The notes: generated from the sequence alone by a model not told the origin. DNA of 64,000 bases from the human T2T-CHM13v2.0 reference genome, Homo sapiens (GCF_009914755.1 NC_060928.1), one strand, 5' to 3'; positions 1 through 15,609 are shown, counted from the first letter of the stretch. Program-made: numbers and translations.

Positions 1-362
1 ATGAATGATTCGTGAATCGGGCAGCCCCCAGAATCACAGCAGATTTACAGAGACTCCAGGGGTGCCTTGTGGTCAGAACAAATTAATAGATAAAAAGGGG
101 AAAGTGACGTACAGAAATCAGAAGTGAGGTATAGAAACAGTGAGATTGGTTAGAGCTGGGCATTTGCCTTATTTAAACGCAGTTTGAACATTCAGCAGTC
201 TATGAGTGGTTGAAGTATGGCTACTGGGATTGGCCAACACTCAGCCATTGTTAGAGGTGCATACTATTAAGTAACATTTTCAATTTTGTCTGTAGTCATC
301 CGCAAGGACTCAAATATAGAAGTATAGAGTACTTCTCAGGCCATATTTAGTTTGCTTTAACA
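1..362 (-). mobile_element. ERV1 LTR, MER57-like, truncated by window start
   Basis: Reverse complement of the right end reads TGTTAAAGCAAACTAAATATGGCCTGAGAAG..., the MER57 LTR 5' end as I recall it. Confidence 0.7.
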
Positions 363-725
363 AGGGTAATGAACTAAATGTACAAACATCAACATGTGTA
401 GACCCTTCAAACAGGGTAAGAAACAGAAGATTTGTAGCACCATTCTATGTATGTAAATTGAAATCAAATATATACATAGCACTACAGAAAAGGTACATGC
501 ATTTTAAGAACATATCATGAATACGTTAAATTGAGTCCTGTGGAGGTGGGGAATGGGAGTGGAGATTGGAGATGAAGGGGAAATATACAAAATAAAATCA
601 AACATGACAGGGACCGTGTATGGGTCAATGATTATGGTGTTTTATGAAGTAAGAATGATTAATTCAATTCTCTAGATTGTGAGTAAAGTAAAACATATAT
701 AATTTTCAAAAAAATTAATAGCAGG

Positions 726-1051
<326 letters not shown>

Positions 1052-1964
1052 CTAATGCCTTTACAGGTTTTCTGCTTGCTGCTGAAGTTAGAGTTTAGTT
1101 TTAGTTTTAGTTGTGCTGCAGCTGGTTCACCCCAGCTGCTTTGTAACAGATTTGTCAATCCAACTCAACTGAATTTCAATTTTGTGAGTGATCACATTTC
1201 AGACACTAATCCCTTCTCAAGTGCTTGAAATACAGGCAAAATATTTATTTGAACTAGCTGATTAACAAATCTGTGAATTAAGTGATACACAAAAGGCAAT
1301 GAACTGGAATGAAAAGTATTGGAAGAGAGAAACCTGCTCTACCATTTCTAAATCTTTGTCTTCCAAAATGCATGCATTTGAAATAACAATGAAACTTTCA
1401 CTCCCCAAAGTCATTGACCCAAAATATAGAAAAATCTGGAATATATTGAAATTTGGTCGCAGAAAAACAGCTAGAATAAACTAGAACTAAGTTCAAATGA
1501 AAACTAAACCAAAGTAAATCTTCAAATTTATCAATTAATATTGCATGAAAATCTTTAATATCTGCTAAAAATAATTCCATCCGAAACAAATTAATATAAA
1601 CATTATGAACAGTTAAAAAGAAATAGGTAAATTGACAAACAAGGAGAACTTACTTGAAAATCCGGCTGATCATTTGGAGAATTCATCCTTAGTAAATTGA
1701 CCTGGAGTGTAAAGGACTAATCATTTCCTCTTCCCTCCTCAAGCTTGCCTTTGACATTCATCAGAACTGTGGGCACTTGGATCAAAACGCTGGAGGGTGA
1801 GATTGGAGGAGGGGCAGTGAGATTGACCTCAAATATGTTCATCTTCAAAGACAGCCCCATCTACCATGTGGCAGAATTTCAATACATGCATCCCCATCTC
1901 CCTGAACCTGATTACAGGAAACCAAGCAGAAAAAATTAACCTTGGGCTGAATCCAGTCCACTTG

Positions 1965-2281
1965 CAGCTGCAGCCCAAGTGGCCTTTTTAAAGCACACAT
2001 TTGATCATGCCACTCCCCAGCTTAAACCATTTCAAGGACTCAGGATCAAGTACCAACAGCAGCTCGAGGCTTACAAGACCCTTCAAAATAAACCTGCTTC
2101 TTTGACCTCAGCTGAAGCCTCCTCCTCCTCCCCAGCCTCCAAAGCCTCCTGGGCTTTTCTTTTCCATGCTGTTTCCTCTGTCTAAAATACTCGCTTCCTG
2201 TATCTCCTATCCCCAAATATCTGTTAGCTAACCCTTTTTCAAAAATGACTCCCATTAGATACAACTTCCTCTAGGAAGCCT
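1965..2281 (+). mobile_element. L2 LINE fragment
   Basis: Degenerate L2 3' motifs (GATCATGCCACTCCCCAGCTTAAA...CTTCCTCTAGGAAGCCT). Confidence 0.55.
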
Positions 2282-2311
2282 AAAATTAAGAAAACTGCTA
2301 CCAGTACTGCA

Positions 2312-3167
2312 GTATTAGGAGACAGTTACCTGTGGTTCTCTCACATTTGTGCACATCTCACAGAGGTACTCTCTTCTCTTTGTTCCAGATTAGCTTTGCA
2401 AGAATGTTTGGATAGCAAACAGCCTTAGAAGACAGAGATAGGGTCTCTCTCTGGAGCAAAGGGCAAGTTGGCTTTCAGTCTTACAAGATAGAAACAATGT
2501 CTCCCTCTCTCCAGATCAAAGGGCAGGTATGCTTACTGCCCATTATAAAAGATAGGTTCCCTTGGATGGAGCTGGAGGCCATTATCCTTAGCAAACTAAT
2601 GCAGGAACAGAAAACCAAAAGCTGCATGTTCTCACCTGTAAGTGGGAGCTAAGTGATGAGAACTCATGGACACAAAGAGAAGAACAACAGACACTGGGGC
2701 CTACTTGACAGTTGAGGGTAGGAGGAGGGAGAGGATCAGAAAAAAAATAACTATTGAGTGCTAGGCTTAGTACCCAGGTGACAAAATAATCTGTACAACG
2801 AACTCCTGTGACGCCAGTTTACCTATATAACCAACCTGCACGTGTATGCCTAAACCTAAAATAAAAGTTTAAAAATAATAAATAAATAAACGATGGGTTC
2901 CCTAAGCTCAGGGTTTTTCTCCTGTAAGGCAGTTCTCTATGTGTAAGTACAAAGATCTGGAGCTTTTCATATTGCCTGGATGGAATTTGGAGGCAAGGAG
3001 ACCTGACACAGATAGGCTGTTCATGCCACTTGCTGTGTAATGAGCAATAAAGTGCTTTGTCTCTGACCCAGGAATCTCATGACTTCTGCCAGCATCCATG
3101 CAACTACAATAGACTAACATCAGTTTGAAAGTAGAAGACAAACTCAGACCCTTCTCAGTTCTTGACA
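2312..3167 (+). mobile_element. ERVL solo LTR (LTR40-like) interrupted by an L1 3' end
   Basis: Similar to LTR40 start (GGAGACA...TCTCTCACATTTGTGCAC...CTGGAGCAAAGGGCA); resumes after 2903; AATAAA at ~3046; ends in CA. Confidence 0.6.
2563..2890 (+). mobile_element. 5'-truncated L1PA (old, PA13-16-like) 3' end
   Basis: TGGATGGAGCTGGAGGCCATTATCCT...AATAAAAGTT plus A-rich tail; TSD GATAGGTTCCCT (2551-2562) / GATGGGTTCCCT (2892-2903). Confidence 0.85.
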
Positions 3168-3389
3168 CTAATATAGTAATATTAATTTTCTGATTTTGAT
3201 GGTTGTGCTGTGGTTTACTGGGATTAGGTCCTTGTTTGTGGGAAATAAACACTAAAGTGTTTAGGATTGGTGGGGTATCATGTGGACAAATTTCTCTTAA
3301 GGACCAAAAAAGGCATTGTATTGTACTTGCAACTTTTCTGTATATTTGAGATTGTTTTACTTTTTTTAAAAGATTGATCAGTGGGCTCA

Positions 3390-4780
3390 GGTGATATTAG
3401 CCTGATCCATCCACTACACAGTTTCCTGTTAACTTTTTATTTTGTGGTTTTGGCAATTGTTGACAATGATTGCCCAAATCTGTTTTTCATTAGAGATTCC
3501 AAAATGTTGATTTTCTAATTCAATTACTTATTTCAATTTTATTAACTGTAATACTTCTATAAAAAAGAATTTCTTCTTGTCAACTATCTGGTTACCCTGA
3601 AATAAAATTTATACAGGAAAAGCAGGAAAAAAAGAAATTGATTCTGTCCCTTTATTTTCAAAGTAATGATTTGTTGCCCTAGGGAGTTACCAAAGACATT
3701 TGTTTTTGATTGCTTCGGATGAGCTTATAATTTTTATATAGTTAAAGTTTTCAATCCATGGCAGTCATTATTCCTTTTGATGCTCAAATGTCTCATTTCA
3801 GGCCAATGTAAGCCCCTTCAAGATGAATCCAGTGCTCTTTTGTCATGACTTTATCAATCTTTGATTGCTTCCTTGCTTTGGGCACAATTAGATAGCTTAG
3901 TTTCATCTTGTACATTTCTGCCCCCAGATCTGAAATCAGTCATTTCTTTAGTGATCTTTGACTCTTTTTAAAGGGAGGTTGGTATTTACAGGCTGCAATC
4001 TAAGAGCTAGAGTTGTTCCTTGCTACAGAGTCATCATTAATTTCAGGCTTTTCAGTGGGCAAAGGTAGGACATTTGCATCAAATCCTGAGTTCATGCTGG
4101 CATTTACAAGATTTACATAATTTCTTTAATTTTATCCTTTTTCCTATATATGGAAACCTTGGTTCCTAACCACCTTAATTATATATTTATCTTATACTTT
4201 ACTGTACTTATACTATAGGTATACTATAATGGTCTTACAATACAATACAGCAATAAAACACTGAACGTAGTTAAATATTTCTTTGTGGTTTTTATTTGTC
4301 CCTAGAATATGTCTTACTCAGGATGTACAGCCAAAATGTAGGTTTTATAATCACCTGTTGGGGTGGCCAACTGTAAACCTGGATAGTTCCAGGCAAACCA
4401 GGAGGGTTGATCACCCTCCTTGAAGTAATTCTCTACTCTTTGATTTAGCCACCAATTTGACATAGAGTCAGGTTCATTTGTTTCAGGTTGTTTTTGATGT
4501 TTAGGAATTTTTAACGTAAAAAATATCTAAAACATTTACACCGTTTCAAAGCCAAACCCATGTGATAAGACACCTAAGTCACATAAGTCACATTCAGAGA
4601 AGTCTAGGGTCTATCTCTATCTTCTCCACCTTATTCCCTCTCTCCCCTGGAGATGTCATTTGCCTTAGTTTTTTTGTTTATTCTACCACTGTTTCTTTTT
4701 TGAAAAATACATACATATAGTAATATCTACCTTTCTTACACAAAAGATAACATTTTACAAACACTCTTTCCATACACTGT
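3390..4780 (-). mobile_element. Old L1 (L1MC/MD-like) fragment
   Basis: T-rich degenerate sequence resembling antisense L1M 3' UTR; boundaries approximate. Confidence 0.5.
4360..4417. mobile_element. Very short hAT MITE remnant (MER81/MER94-like)
   Basis: Terminal inverted repeats GGGTGGCCAAC...GTTGATCACCC with CCAGGCAAACCAGG inside. Confidence 0.5.
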
Positions 4781-4785
4781 TTTTT

Positions 4786-5102
4786 GTTTTGTTTTTTTGG
4801 GTTTTTGTTTTGTTTTGTTTTGAGATAGAGTCTCGCTGTGTCGCCCAGGCTGGAGTGGGGTGGCACGATCTCGGCTGCCTGCAACCTCCACCTCCCAGGT
4901 TCAAGCTATTCTTCTGCCTCAGCCTCCCGAGTACCTGGGTCTACAGGCACCCACCACCACACCCAGCTAATTTTTTGTATTTTTAGTAGAGACGGGGTTT
5001 TACCATATTCGCCAGGCTGGTCTTGAACTCCTGATCTTGTGATCTACCCACCTCAGCCTCCCAAAGTGCTGGGGTTACAGGAGTGAGCCGTTGCGCCCGG
5101 CC
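4786..5102 (-). mobile_element. Alu (AluS)
   Basis: Antisense Alu with (TTTTG)n tail; TSD CCATACACTGTTTTTT. Confidence 0.95.
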
Positions 5103-5544
5103 CCATACACTGTTTTTTAAAGGTTTCCCACATCAGCATTTACTCTCGAACTGCAGTCATGTATCTAAATAATCACATCTGTCATCCTCAGAATGGCCTT
5201 AAACCCAAGACTCCAGAATTGAGGAAAACAATCCACCAGCAAGAGACAGAATTCGTTAATAAACCAGCTTAACTGAGATACGAAATGTCATGTTTTCTCT
5301 CCACATCATACCCCTGACATTACCTACTCCATCCCAAATAGCTTTCAAAAATTGTTGCTGAGCTCAGACCCAGGGCCTTTAGAGATTGAATGTAATGACG
5401 GGTCCCCAGTGGTGACAGGAATTGCTCTCCGCTCCCAGCTACTGAGGATGGGAAATGGCTGGTGAGATGACAGCAGTGAGGGCTGCTCACTTAGTTCAGC
5501 GATATAGTACCGGTGTGCAAAGTGCAGTGCACGTGGGCAGCTCA

Positions 5545-5958
<414 letters not shown>

Positions 5959-6469
5959 ACATGTGAGGTCTTCATATAATGTGTGCTCAGTAGTGTCACA
6001 GGAGAAAGATTTTGGGAACTGCAAGAGGAGTCATTTATGAGATACAATGATTTCCTTGCATGTGAGAGAGGACCAGTTCCCTGTTTGTTATTTGTGAAGA
6101 GTCAGGTTCATCTATTGGAAAATTGGCCTCAGCACCTGCAGACTGAGCACAGATTGCCTGTGGCTGCTAGTGTTCTAGAGAGTGCTGCCCAGATTTGTGG
6201 ACCAAATTGATGGCTGTCTACCTGCTACATTTGAAGCACAGCCACAAGCTCCCCCTGCCCTTTCACACTTCCTTCCTTCCAGGGTCTGTTCTCTTCCCAT
6301 CCCCTTCTATTTGAGGAGGACACACTCTCTGAGTTCTTTTTGACTACAAAAGAAGGGCATCATCTTTTGAAGATCACCCTTTAAACACACTTTCACCAGT
6401 GGGGAAAGGAGATAGAGAAGCTTTAGCTAAATCAAGTAGAAAATTCAGATTGGTGTGGAGAGGTAGAAG

Positions 6470-6632
6470 AGCACAGTGTTTGGAAAATCCCTGGAGACTG
6501 ACTGCATGGGTTTGAATCCTGGTTCTATTACCTCCATAGGGATCTTGGTCATATTATTCATCTTTTCTGTGCCTCAGTTTCTCACTTGCAAACTAGAAAA
6601 AACTGGGGCTCTTATCTCATAAAGTTGTTATG
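6470..6632 (+). mobile_element. MIR SINE
   Basis: GGGTTTGAATCCTGG...TCTGTGCCTCAGTTTCTCA core. Confidence 0.7.
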
Positions 6633-6637
6633 TGCCT

Positions 6638-7230
6638 GTAGTGGGTTGAACTGTGGCTCCTGAAAAATACATCCACCCAGAACCTCAGAAGATGATCTTC
6701 TTTGGAATAAGGCTCTTTGTAGATTGTTTTATTTTATTCTATATCCTTTCCTTTCCTGTCTTTTTTTTTTTTTTTTGAGTCAGTCTTGCTCTCCTGACCA
6801 CGCTGGAGTTCAGTGGTACAGTCACAGCCCCCTGCAGCCTCAACCTCCCAGGCTGAAGTGATCCTCCAACCTCAGCCTCACAAGTTGCTGGGACTACAGA
6901 CATGCATCATGTCACTCAGCTAATTTTTAATTTTTTTAGAGACAAGGCTTCACAATGTTGCCCAGGCTGGTCTTGAACTCCTGGGCTCAAGTGATCCTCC
7001 CACCTTGACCTCCCAAATGCAGGTATTATTAAGTTAGACAACTTAAAATTAGATTATCTTGGGTTCAGGCTGGGCCCTAAATACAGTGAACAGTGTTCTT
7101 CTAAGAGGAAGGAGAAGGAGATTTCAGTCTCAGACCCAAGGAGAGGACAAAGTTAGAGATAGGAGTGATGCATCTATAAGCCAAGGAATACCAAGGATTG
7201 GCAACAACCACCCAAATCTAGGAAGAGGCA
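6638..7230 (+). mobile_element. MLT1 (ERVL-MaLR) LTR split by an Alu
   Basis: TGTAGTGGGTTGAA...CCCAGAACCTCAG...TTTGGAATAAGG; resumes after ~7030 (GGGCCCTAAAT..., AAGCCAAGGAAT). Confidence 0.65.
6761..7027 (-). mobile_element. Alu (AluJ)
   Basis: Antisense Alu with J-type CTCCTGGGCTCAAG. Confidence 0.9.
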
Positions 7231-8259
7231 AGGATTATTTGTCTTTCTCTATTAGAACGTGAGCTCCAATGACAGCAGGCCTAGAAGGGGGCTTGCTGCC
7301 TAGTAGGTGCTCAGTAAAAGAAGACTCAGCTTCTACATTGCCTCTGTCAAATTTCCCTAATCCTGCCTCATGCTCATCTCTCCCAACCCACTCCCTCTTG
7401 TGAACCACTTGGGTTCTTTGAGGGTCCTCTATGATTGTATTTTTCCTGCCATTGATAACAGTGTCTTTACAAGTCTGTCTCCTGAAAGACCAGGCATCAG
7501 AGAAGGCAGGGGCCAAGTCTTGCTAACTGAAGGCCCCCAGATCCTAACACACTGTCCTAAAGCAGGAACAGTTATTGAGCACCATTTCTAACGAACGTTT
7601 GGGAAAACAAAAATGGGAACACCCAGTCGTGGTGGGTGTAGAGAGGTGGGGTCAGAGAAGGATTCCCAGAAGAGAGATTGGAGAAGAATCTTCAAGGGAG
7701 ATAAAAGGACATTCCGAAACAGAAAAAGACATTCCAAGATCTGCCCTAAAGAGTCCTTTGAGAGAAATGCTACTAATGACTACTGGGCTGGCCAACCTGA
7801 GCCCAAAATAAGGTGGTTCAGAGGGTAATATCACTGCCTGAGGAGCGCTCTGTGCTCTCTACCAGAAGCCAATAACAGTCCCCAGCAGTTGCCTCTTCAA
7901 AGCCTAGGTCAGGAAGGTGGAATAAGAACATGCAAATTGCTATTCCAGTGGCAGTATTGCCTGCAAGCAATTTTTAAGACCACACAATAGAAGTTTTCAA
8001 ATAGATGGTTTCAAGTATCCACAGTGTAATGAGATCAAGACTCAGGACTCCAGCATGTAGCCCAACAGGAAAAATATCATTTATGGTAGGCTCATGAATT
8101 CTATTTGCATAAAACTTCTGAACCTGAAAACACACACTCCTGATGCAGTGAAAATCAAGTCTTCTCCCTGTTTTTGTTTTCTCTGGATGGTGGCAGTCTA
8201 TCAGACGAATCAGCATTTGTGGTAAGAGATTTCTCTAAAGCTACAGGAGGCTACTTTTA

Positions 8260-8592
<333 letters not shown>

Positions 8593-10496
8593 TTATTCAG
8601 ACATTTCTTTTATTGTGTTATAGGAGATAAAGTCTTTCCACTTAAGCTGTTTTACAGCCCTTAAATACCTGCACACTTATTGATGCACCCTCCATACTCC
8701 ACCTTCATATCCACCCACCCAGGCACAAAACATGTATGCACACACATGCACCCAGTGCATCTGGGCATGAGCACATCTACGGAAGCCTGGCCACGGTACT
8801 GCAAATTTTCTAAAGTACTCATTCTCCCTGACTGATCTATAAGCTCACAAGGGCATGGCCCCATGGTTCATTTAGAGGGAAAACACACCTGACAGGGTCA
8901 GGAGAACTTTTTTCATGGGTAAATTGTGGGAGTTGAATTATGTGAAGTTTGAAGTCCCTTCCAACATTTTAGCATTCTCAATTTCGTTTTATTCCCCCCC
9001 ACCACACTGCCTGGCCTTACAATACAGCATCAAGTTTAGCAAAGAGCAGGTGCAGGATTTATTACGCAAGAGCCTTTCTGTGCCTTCAGGGGGCCTGAGC
9101 TTTTCTGCTGGAGCTCTTCAACCCTGGTTTTCATTGGTACCAGTTGCCACTGCATCATAGAGTTGAATAAATACCAATTGAATTAAAACCCTGATTCAAA
9201 TGCTTTGGATAATCCCCTTCATTAGTGTTTCTAGAGGCAACGCGTCATCAAACCCCCTGGTCTGACTGACTAATGGTGAGAACTTGAGGCACCCAGCAAT
9301 GAAGTCAGGCAATATTTCTGGACATCAGAGGTGGTTAGGAACATAGAAAACTGCATGACTCTGGCAGGGCATGAGGGTGAAGGGGAAGATGAGGACGCAC
9401 TGGGGCTTGTGAGAGAGGGAGAGGAGCCAGGGAAGATGGTGTTAGAGCAGAGAGGAGCACGAGGGCCTGAACATGGGATCCTCCTGTTCCAGGGTTACAA
9501 ATGTCCCCTGTCCCAGAATGGCAGCGTGGTTTAAGAATCCCTAACCTGGCAGGTGACAGAACAGGGGTTGTAGATTCCAAAGCTTACTAAGGACAGTGGC
9601 ATAGTTGTGTGAGACCTTGCTTCTTCTCAGTGTTGGGAAGAGAAGAGGGAGTAAAAGGGACTGTGGAGAGGGCAGTCCAATTGTGGATTTTAATGCATAG
9701 GGACTCAGCATTGCAAGATCTGTAATTTAATGTGAAACTTGCACATTTGAAATAATAGCAGCTAAATCTAATTGAGAACAGCATGCATTCCAAACAAAAT
9801 ACCTCAGTGGGCCAGATTTGGACCTCCAGGGGGATTTATGCAAAAGACCAAGTAAACAGAGACACTTCACAGTGGCGGAACCCAAGAGTCTAGCCTGGGG
9901 AAAGCATGCAGGGGCCCTCAGATAATCTGTGAAAGAAAGACAGGTCATAACACTCAAAATGCCTACAAGCGATGAAGGCTAAGACTATTTGAAATCATGG
10001 AAAAAGGTTAGCTTCTTCAGGAAAATTGTATGGTCAAGGTACAGGGACACATGTCATCCTGGGATATATATGACTGTGGTGGAGACTGGTATAACATGAG
10101 CCACTCAGGGAAAAAAACAAAACAAAACAAACAAAAAAACTCCCTTCCTAGTAATACATAAAGCTAAAGAGAAATTGCATCTGGGTTACACCAGAAGAAG
10201 GAAATGAGGTAAGAAAAAGGTGAGAATAAATCACCTAATCAAAATACTGGGTTATAAAAATAACTAGCCCACCTGCTTCAGGACTGTAAGAAACTGAGCA
10301 ATGCTTTCAGGAGGCCAGGTTGAAAAACACAAACCTGTTTAGCCACAGCTTGATTCCATGCAATTCATGCTCCAAGATTCTGTCTCACTGTGGTTAAAAA
10401 CTCATGTTTTTTAAATGGTGGGCTGACAAAATTGCATTATTGTAGATGTGGAAGGAATAATATAAATGAAGTAGCATTGGAGAATCAATATTTTTG

Positions 10497-10692
10497 GAGC
10501 ACCATCATGTGCCTGACCCTGTATGGGTGACTCATGTATGATAACCGCTTTTACTGCTCACATCATTCTTATGAGATAGATACTTCTTTTCATTCCTGTT
10601 TTGCAAATGAGGAAATTAAGGCACATACTGGTAACATGACTTACCTAATGTTAGAGCTCTAATAATAAGTTAAAGAACTGGGATTTAAACCA
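10497..10692 (-). mobile_element. MIR SINE
   Basis: TTTTGCAAATGAGGAAATTAAGGCAC...GGGATTTAAACC antisense core. Confidence 0.65.
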
Positions 10693-11040
10693 GTTAAATA
10701 TAATAATGATAATAACAGTAAACAATTCGATCCTCAGAAGTCTTTGTGTGAGCTCTGAGCTCTGATTTCCATTATTAACGCCAGCCTGTCTTTCGAGGGT
10801 TGTGAAGATTAAATGAGATAGTGCCTGTAAGAACTTAACACTGACTTGCCCAATCAACAAGATTAATAGTTGTTATTAATAATAGTAACTGGATCCAGTA
10901 TTCAGAAGGCTCTACTGGGAGGAAGTATAGGGACAAATAGCAATGGAGAAGTGACTGGGAGGAAGAAAGAGGTAACCGGTATAGACTTCCCTTTGGAAAA
11001 TTTCAGGTTTGAAGTTTGTTTTTAAGAAAGCTTATTTACC

Positions 11041-11356
<316 letters not shown>

Positions 11357-11366
11357 TTACCATGAC

Positions 11367-11733
11367 TGCTATGGACTGAATTGTGTCTCCCTTCCCTCCC
11401 CCAAATCAACAAATTCATAGCCTGAAGCCCTCATCCTCAATGTGATGATATTAGAAGGCAGGGCTTTTGGGAGGTGATGAGGATGGAGCCTTTGGGATTG
11501 AATTAGTGCCCTAATAAAAACAGACTCAGGAGAGCTCTCTCTCTCTCCCTGCCATGTGAGGATATAATGAGAAGGCAATTATCTGCAAGCTGGGATGTGG
11601 GCCCTCACCAGACACCAAATCTGTTCGCACCTTGACATTGGACTTCCCAGCCTCCAGAACTGTGAGAAATAAATGTCTGTTGTTTAAGCCACTCATTCTA
11701 TGGTATTTTGTTGTAGCAGCTCAAGCTAAGACA
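11367..11733 (+). mobile_element. MLT1A-type solo LTR
   Basis: TGCTATGGACTGAATTGTGT...GACTTCCCAGCCTCCAGAACTGTGAGAAATAAAT...CTAAGACA. Confidence 0.85.
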
Positions 11734-13330
11734 GTGGCTGCAAGTGGAAGAGGAAAGCCTGATGGTGCCAATGGTAAGGGGTTTCAGGTGAGTGAAGACC
11801 AACCCCTGGGCCATGGAGGGAGGGCATCCAGAGCCCAGATGAGAAATTCAGCCCTGGAAAGGGGTGAGGACAACTGTTCCCTGAAACAGAGGAAAGAAGA
11901 GAAGAATGGATGGAAAACACTGGGAGATTTTGATGTGGAAGGAAGAAAATTGAGGGACTGTGAATTTGACCTAATCCAAATGGAAGGGACAAAATTTTGC
12001 TGATGAAAATGGAAGGTGAGGTGCCGGGGGTAGAGGAAACTAGGAAAGGGGGCGCCTAGCTTCCATGGGGGTTCAGGACCATGTTTTTTAATTATAAATT
12101 TAAAAGGCACGTATCAGTTCCACCAAGACATCTGGTCCCAGAAAGCATTAGTGTCTCCTTCATCATTTCCCATAGACAAGTTATTATCTTTCTTGGAGGA
12201 TTCATCTCAGGAATGAATTGGCATTGTTGAAATAGGTTGAATAGGGCTCTGTTTTGGGGATGGGAGTGAGGGGAAGGAACCTAACTCAACAGTCCATCAA
12301 AGCTTCACACTGGAATAGGGCCATTTCATTGAGCCATCTCCCTTTCCTTTAAAGTTAATGGAAGGACCATTTTTTCCATAAACTTAGTACTTTTTTGTGT
12401 CATTTCCAAGCCACTGATAGCCTATCTAAATTGATACTCCTTTTGTTTGAGTAAGTTTTTAAACTAAGGTTCAGTGCATGGCATAGACTTGGAGAACTGG
12501 ATTATTCACAGAAAAATCAGTGAAGCTGGTGATATATCATGAACTAGAGGTATTTTTTATTCTCAGAGATATAGCAAAATTCAGGATGATTTCATATGTA
12601 CTTGAATCAGTGATTATTTTTTGCATTAAGCATATAGTGCTAAATGGGAATATAGATAAATATTTAAATATTCCCATGTCCTCAACCCTCCTAGTGGGAA
12701 TTGAAAAAAAAAAAAAAGGCAGGATAAAGTTATTGTACTACTATTGTATAGTTCTTTTCTCCCAAGAAATTCTAAGAGTTATGCCAATAATGCAACTTGT
12801 CCTGGACAAGGTGAAGTGATGCCCAAAGTGTCTCAATTTAATAAAAGGGAAAACTGAGGCCAGAAGAGGTACATGCCCAGCTTGTCAAATATCATGCACA
12901 GAAAAGCCATACTATAGGCTCAGATTTTCTGACTTCCATCCTGCAGCTTCTGTTTTGTTTATTCATTTACACCCACGTCATTCACTCACTTATTATTCAT
13001 TCAGTGGATACAATGGACAAAGCAGTAAAAGGAGCTATAAAGAATACCAAAGAAATAGAAAATAATTTTTGGAGTTAAGGATCATAATCTAGCTGAAGAG
13101 ATAAAACCAACACAGTAAAAACAAAACACAATAAAGCAAAACCAAAATGACAACGTGCCTGGTACTCTGGTTGGAAAAGTACTTTAAAAATTCAGAGTCC
13201 ACTACAGTGTGAAGCCTGCCTGTTAAGGTTTTGCAAAGAAGGCAGAACTTGATGTCACAAGTGACAAGTTTTTTTGCGATGGGTGCGGCAAGGTGGGGGT
13301 GGTGGCAGGGTAAGTCTTTTCAAAGAGAAA

Positions 13331-13980
<650 letters not shown>

Positions 13981-14299
13981 GAGGAAAAGCATAAGCAAAA
14001 TAGTAGGAAGGCAGAAATGAATATAGTTTATTTGAAAAATAGTCGGGTTGTTTTGAAATGAACATTTCTTTTGGAAAAGAAGAAGGTGAAAGCAAGGAAA
14101 AAAGGCCAAAAGAAGAAAAGAAAACCTACAAGGGGAAAGGAGATGAGGGTCTGTTGCATATGCAATCGATTGGCATTCAGAATCTATTTCCCTTGCCCCT
14201 GGTATATGTATGTACTGCAGAAGCTAGATAGCAAAAAAAGACATTTTCTCAGCCCCCTTGAAGTAGAGATTGTGGATGTTAATTAGGTTCCACCAGCCA

Positions 14300-15304
14300 G
14301 GCCAGCTTCCAGGCATGTAACCTGTGTTGCAAAGGATCCCTTGCTCAGAAGGGCCCCAGGTTTGTTTTAATGCTCTGCTGCTGCAGTCTTGAAATCCTGA
14401 ATAATTTTAGCTTTGAATTCATGTTTTGTAAGTGAAGTCCAATGGAACAATGGAGCATGAGCAGAGGAGATATATGCAAGATGGGTGTCCACTGTGGTCC
14501 CTTGCTGCCCCGTTCCCACACAGCTTCAGGAGTGCCCCCGAGCACAGAATCTGGTGGACCTAAGACGCATGAGAGTTCAGCCAGGCTCAAAACCAGCACA
14601 GAGTAAGTGTATCAGAGAAACAACTGAGTCTGCAGGCTGCTGAGGGCCATGAAAGGCCACGCTCTCCATTTGAGACAGTATTTACTTGGAACACAAAAAG
14701 GTGAAGGTATTCTAAGAAGCATGAACCACCGAGATACCCTTATCACATGTTTTCCTACTTGTGTATTTCTTACCTCTCTGTATTAGGCAACCACTTATGC
14801 TGAAAATAAAGACATAGAAGGAAAGGAATAGATGGGACAACACATAATTCCTTTTCCTTTCTGTCTTTCCTTATTCATAAGCAAAGCCAAAGGTAGAGAA
14901 CATTAATGGAATATCAGCATATCCAGAAATAAAATACAAACAGCTGAGTTTGTTTTATGCAGTGTTTTTGCTGTTCTGGTTAAGAACAGAATATCTAAGT
15001 ATGTCTACAAGCTACCAGGTACAAATCGTGTGCTTTTGGTGATTCTACATATAAGTGAAATGCGATTATATTTGCTTCTGTAACTGGTATTGTACAATGT
15101 AAAAATGAAGGTTAAAATTCATACTAATAATTTTAATGTTTAATTTTTCCCTCCTTAGAAAAACATTAATACCAACTAAAAAAACACCATAAGAGAAATA
15201 CCACAGAAAGAAGGAAAAAGCTTTCTATTTTAGTACGTTTAGTGGCACTTTTTTCCTCCTTTGTGAGCAAGGTGCCCCACAAATTATGTAGCAAACAAAC
15301 CCTG
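14300..15304 (+). mobile_element. MER45B-like hAT-Tip100 DNA transposon (~1 kb), apparently inside an older LTR33-like element
   Basis: MER45 5' end (CAGGCCAGCTTC...CTCAGAAGGGCCCC...TTTAATGCTCTGCTG) and 3' end (GCCCCACAAATTATGTAGC...CCCTG). Confidence 0.65.
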
Positions 15305-15609
15305 TTCACAAGTTTGCTTCCCATGTGTGAGATCTGGAAGGCAACAATAGTGTGGACACAACCTTCCTTCCTACCCACTACCTGCATCAAGGTCATTGCC
15401 ACTGCCTGAGGCCACCCATGTTTCATGATTTAAGACACTTTCATCACAAGATGAAAACAATGTGAATCCCAAACTAATGTTTAAATTAGTTTTGGGGTTC
15501 TTTTACTTATCCCAAAGCTAATTCAGGGTTTTCAGAATGATATCGTATTTAAATTAATTTTAATTTTTATTCAGGTAATACTTTTGTATAATTTCACATT
15601 TCAAATAGC

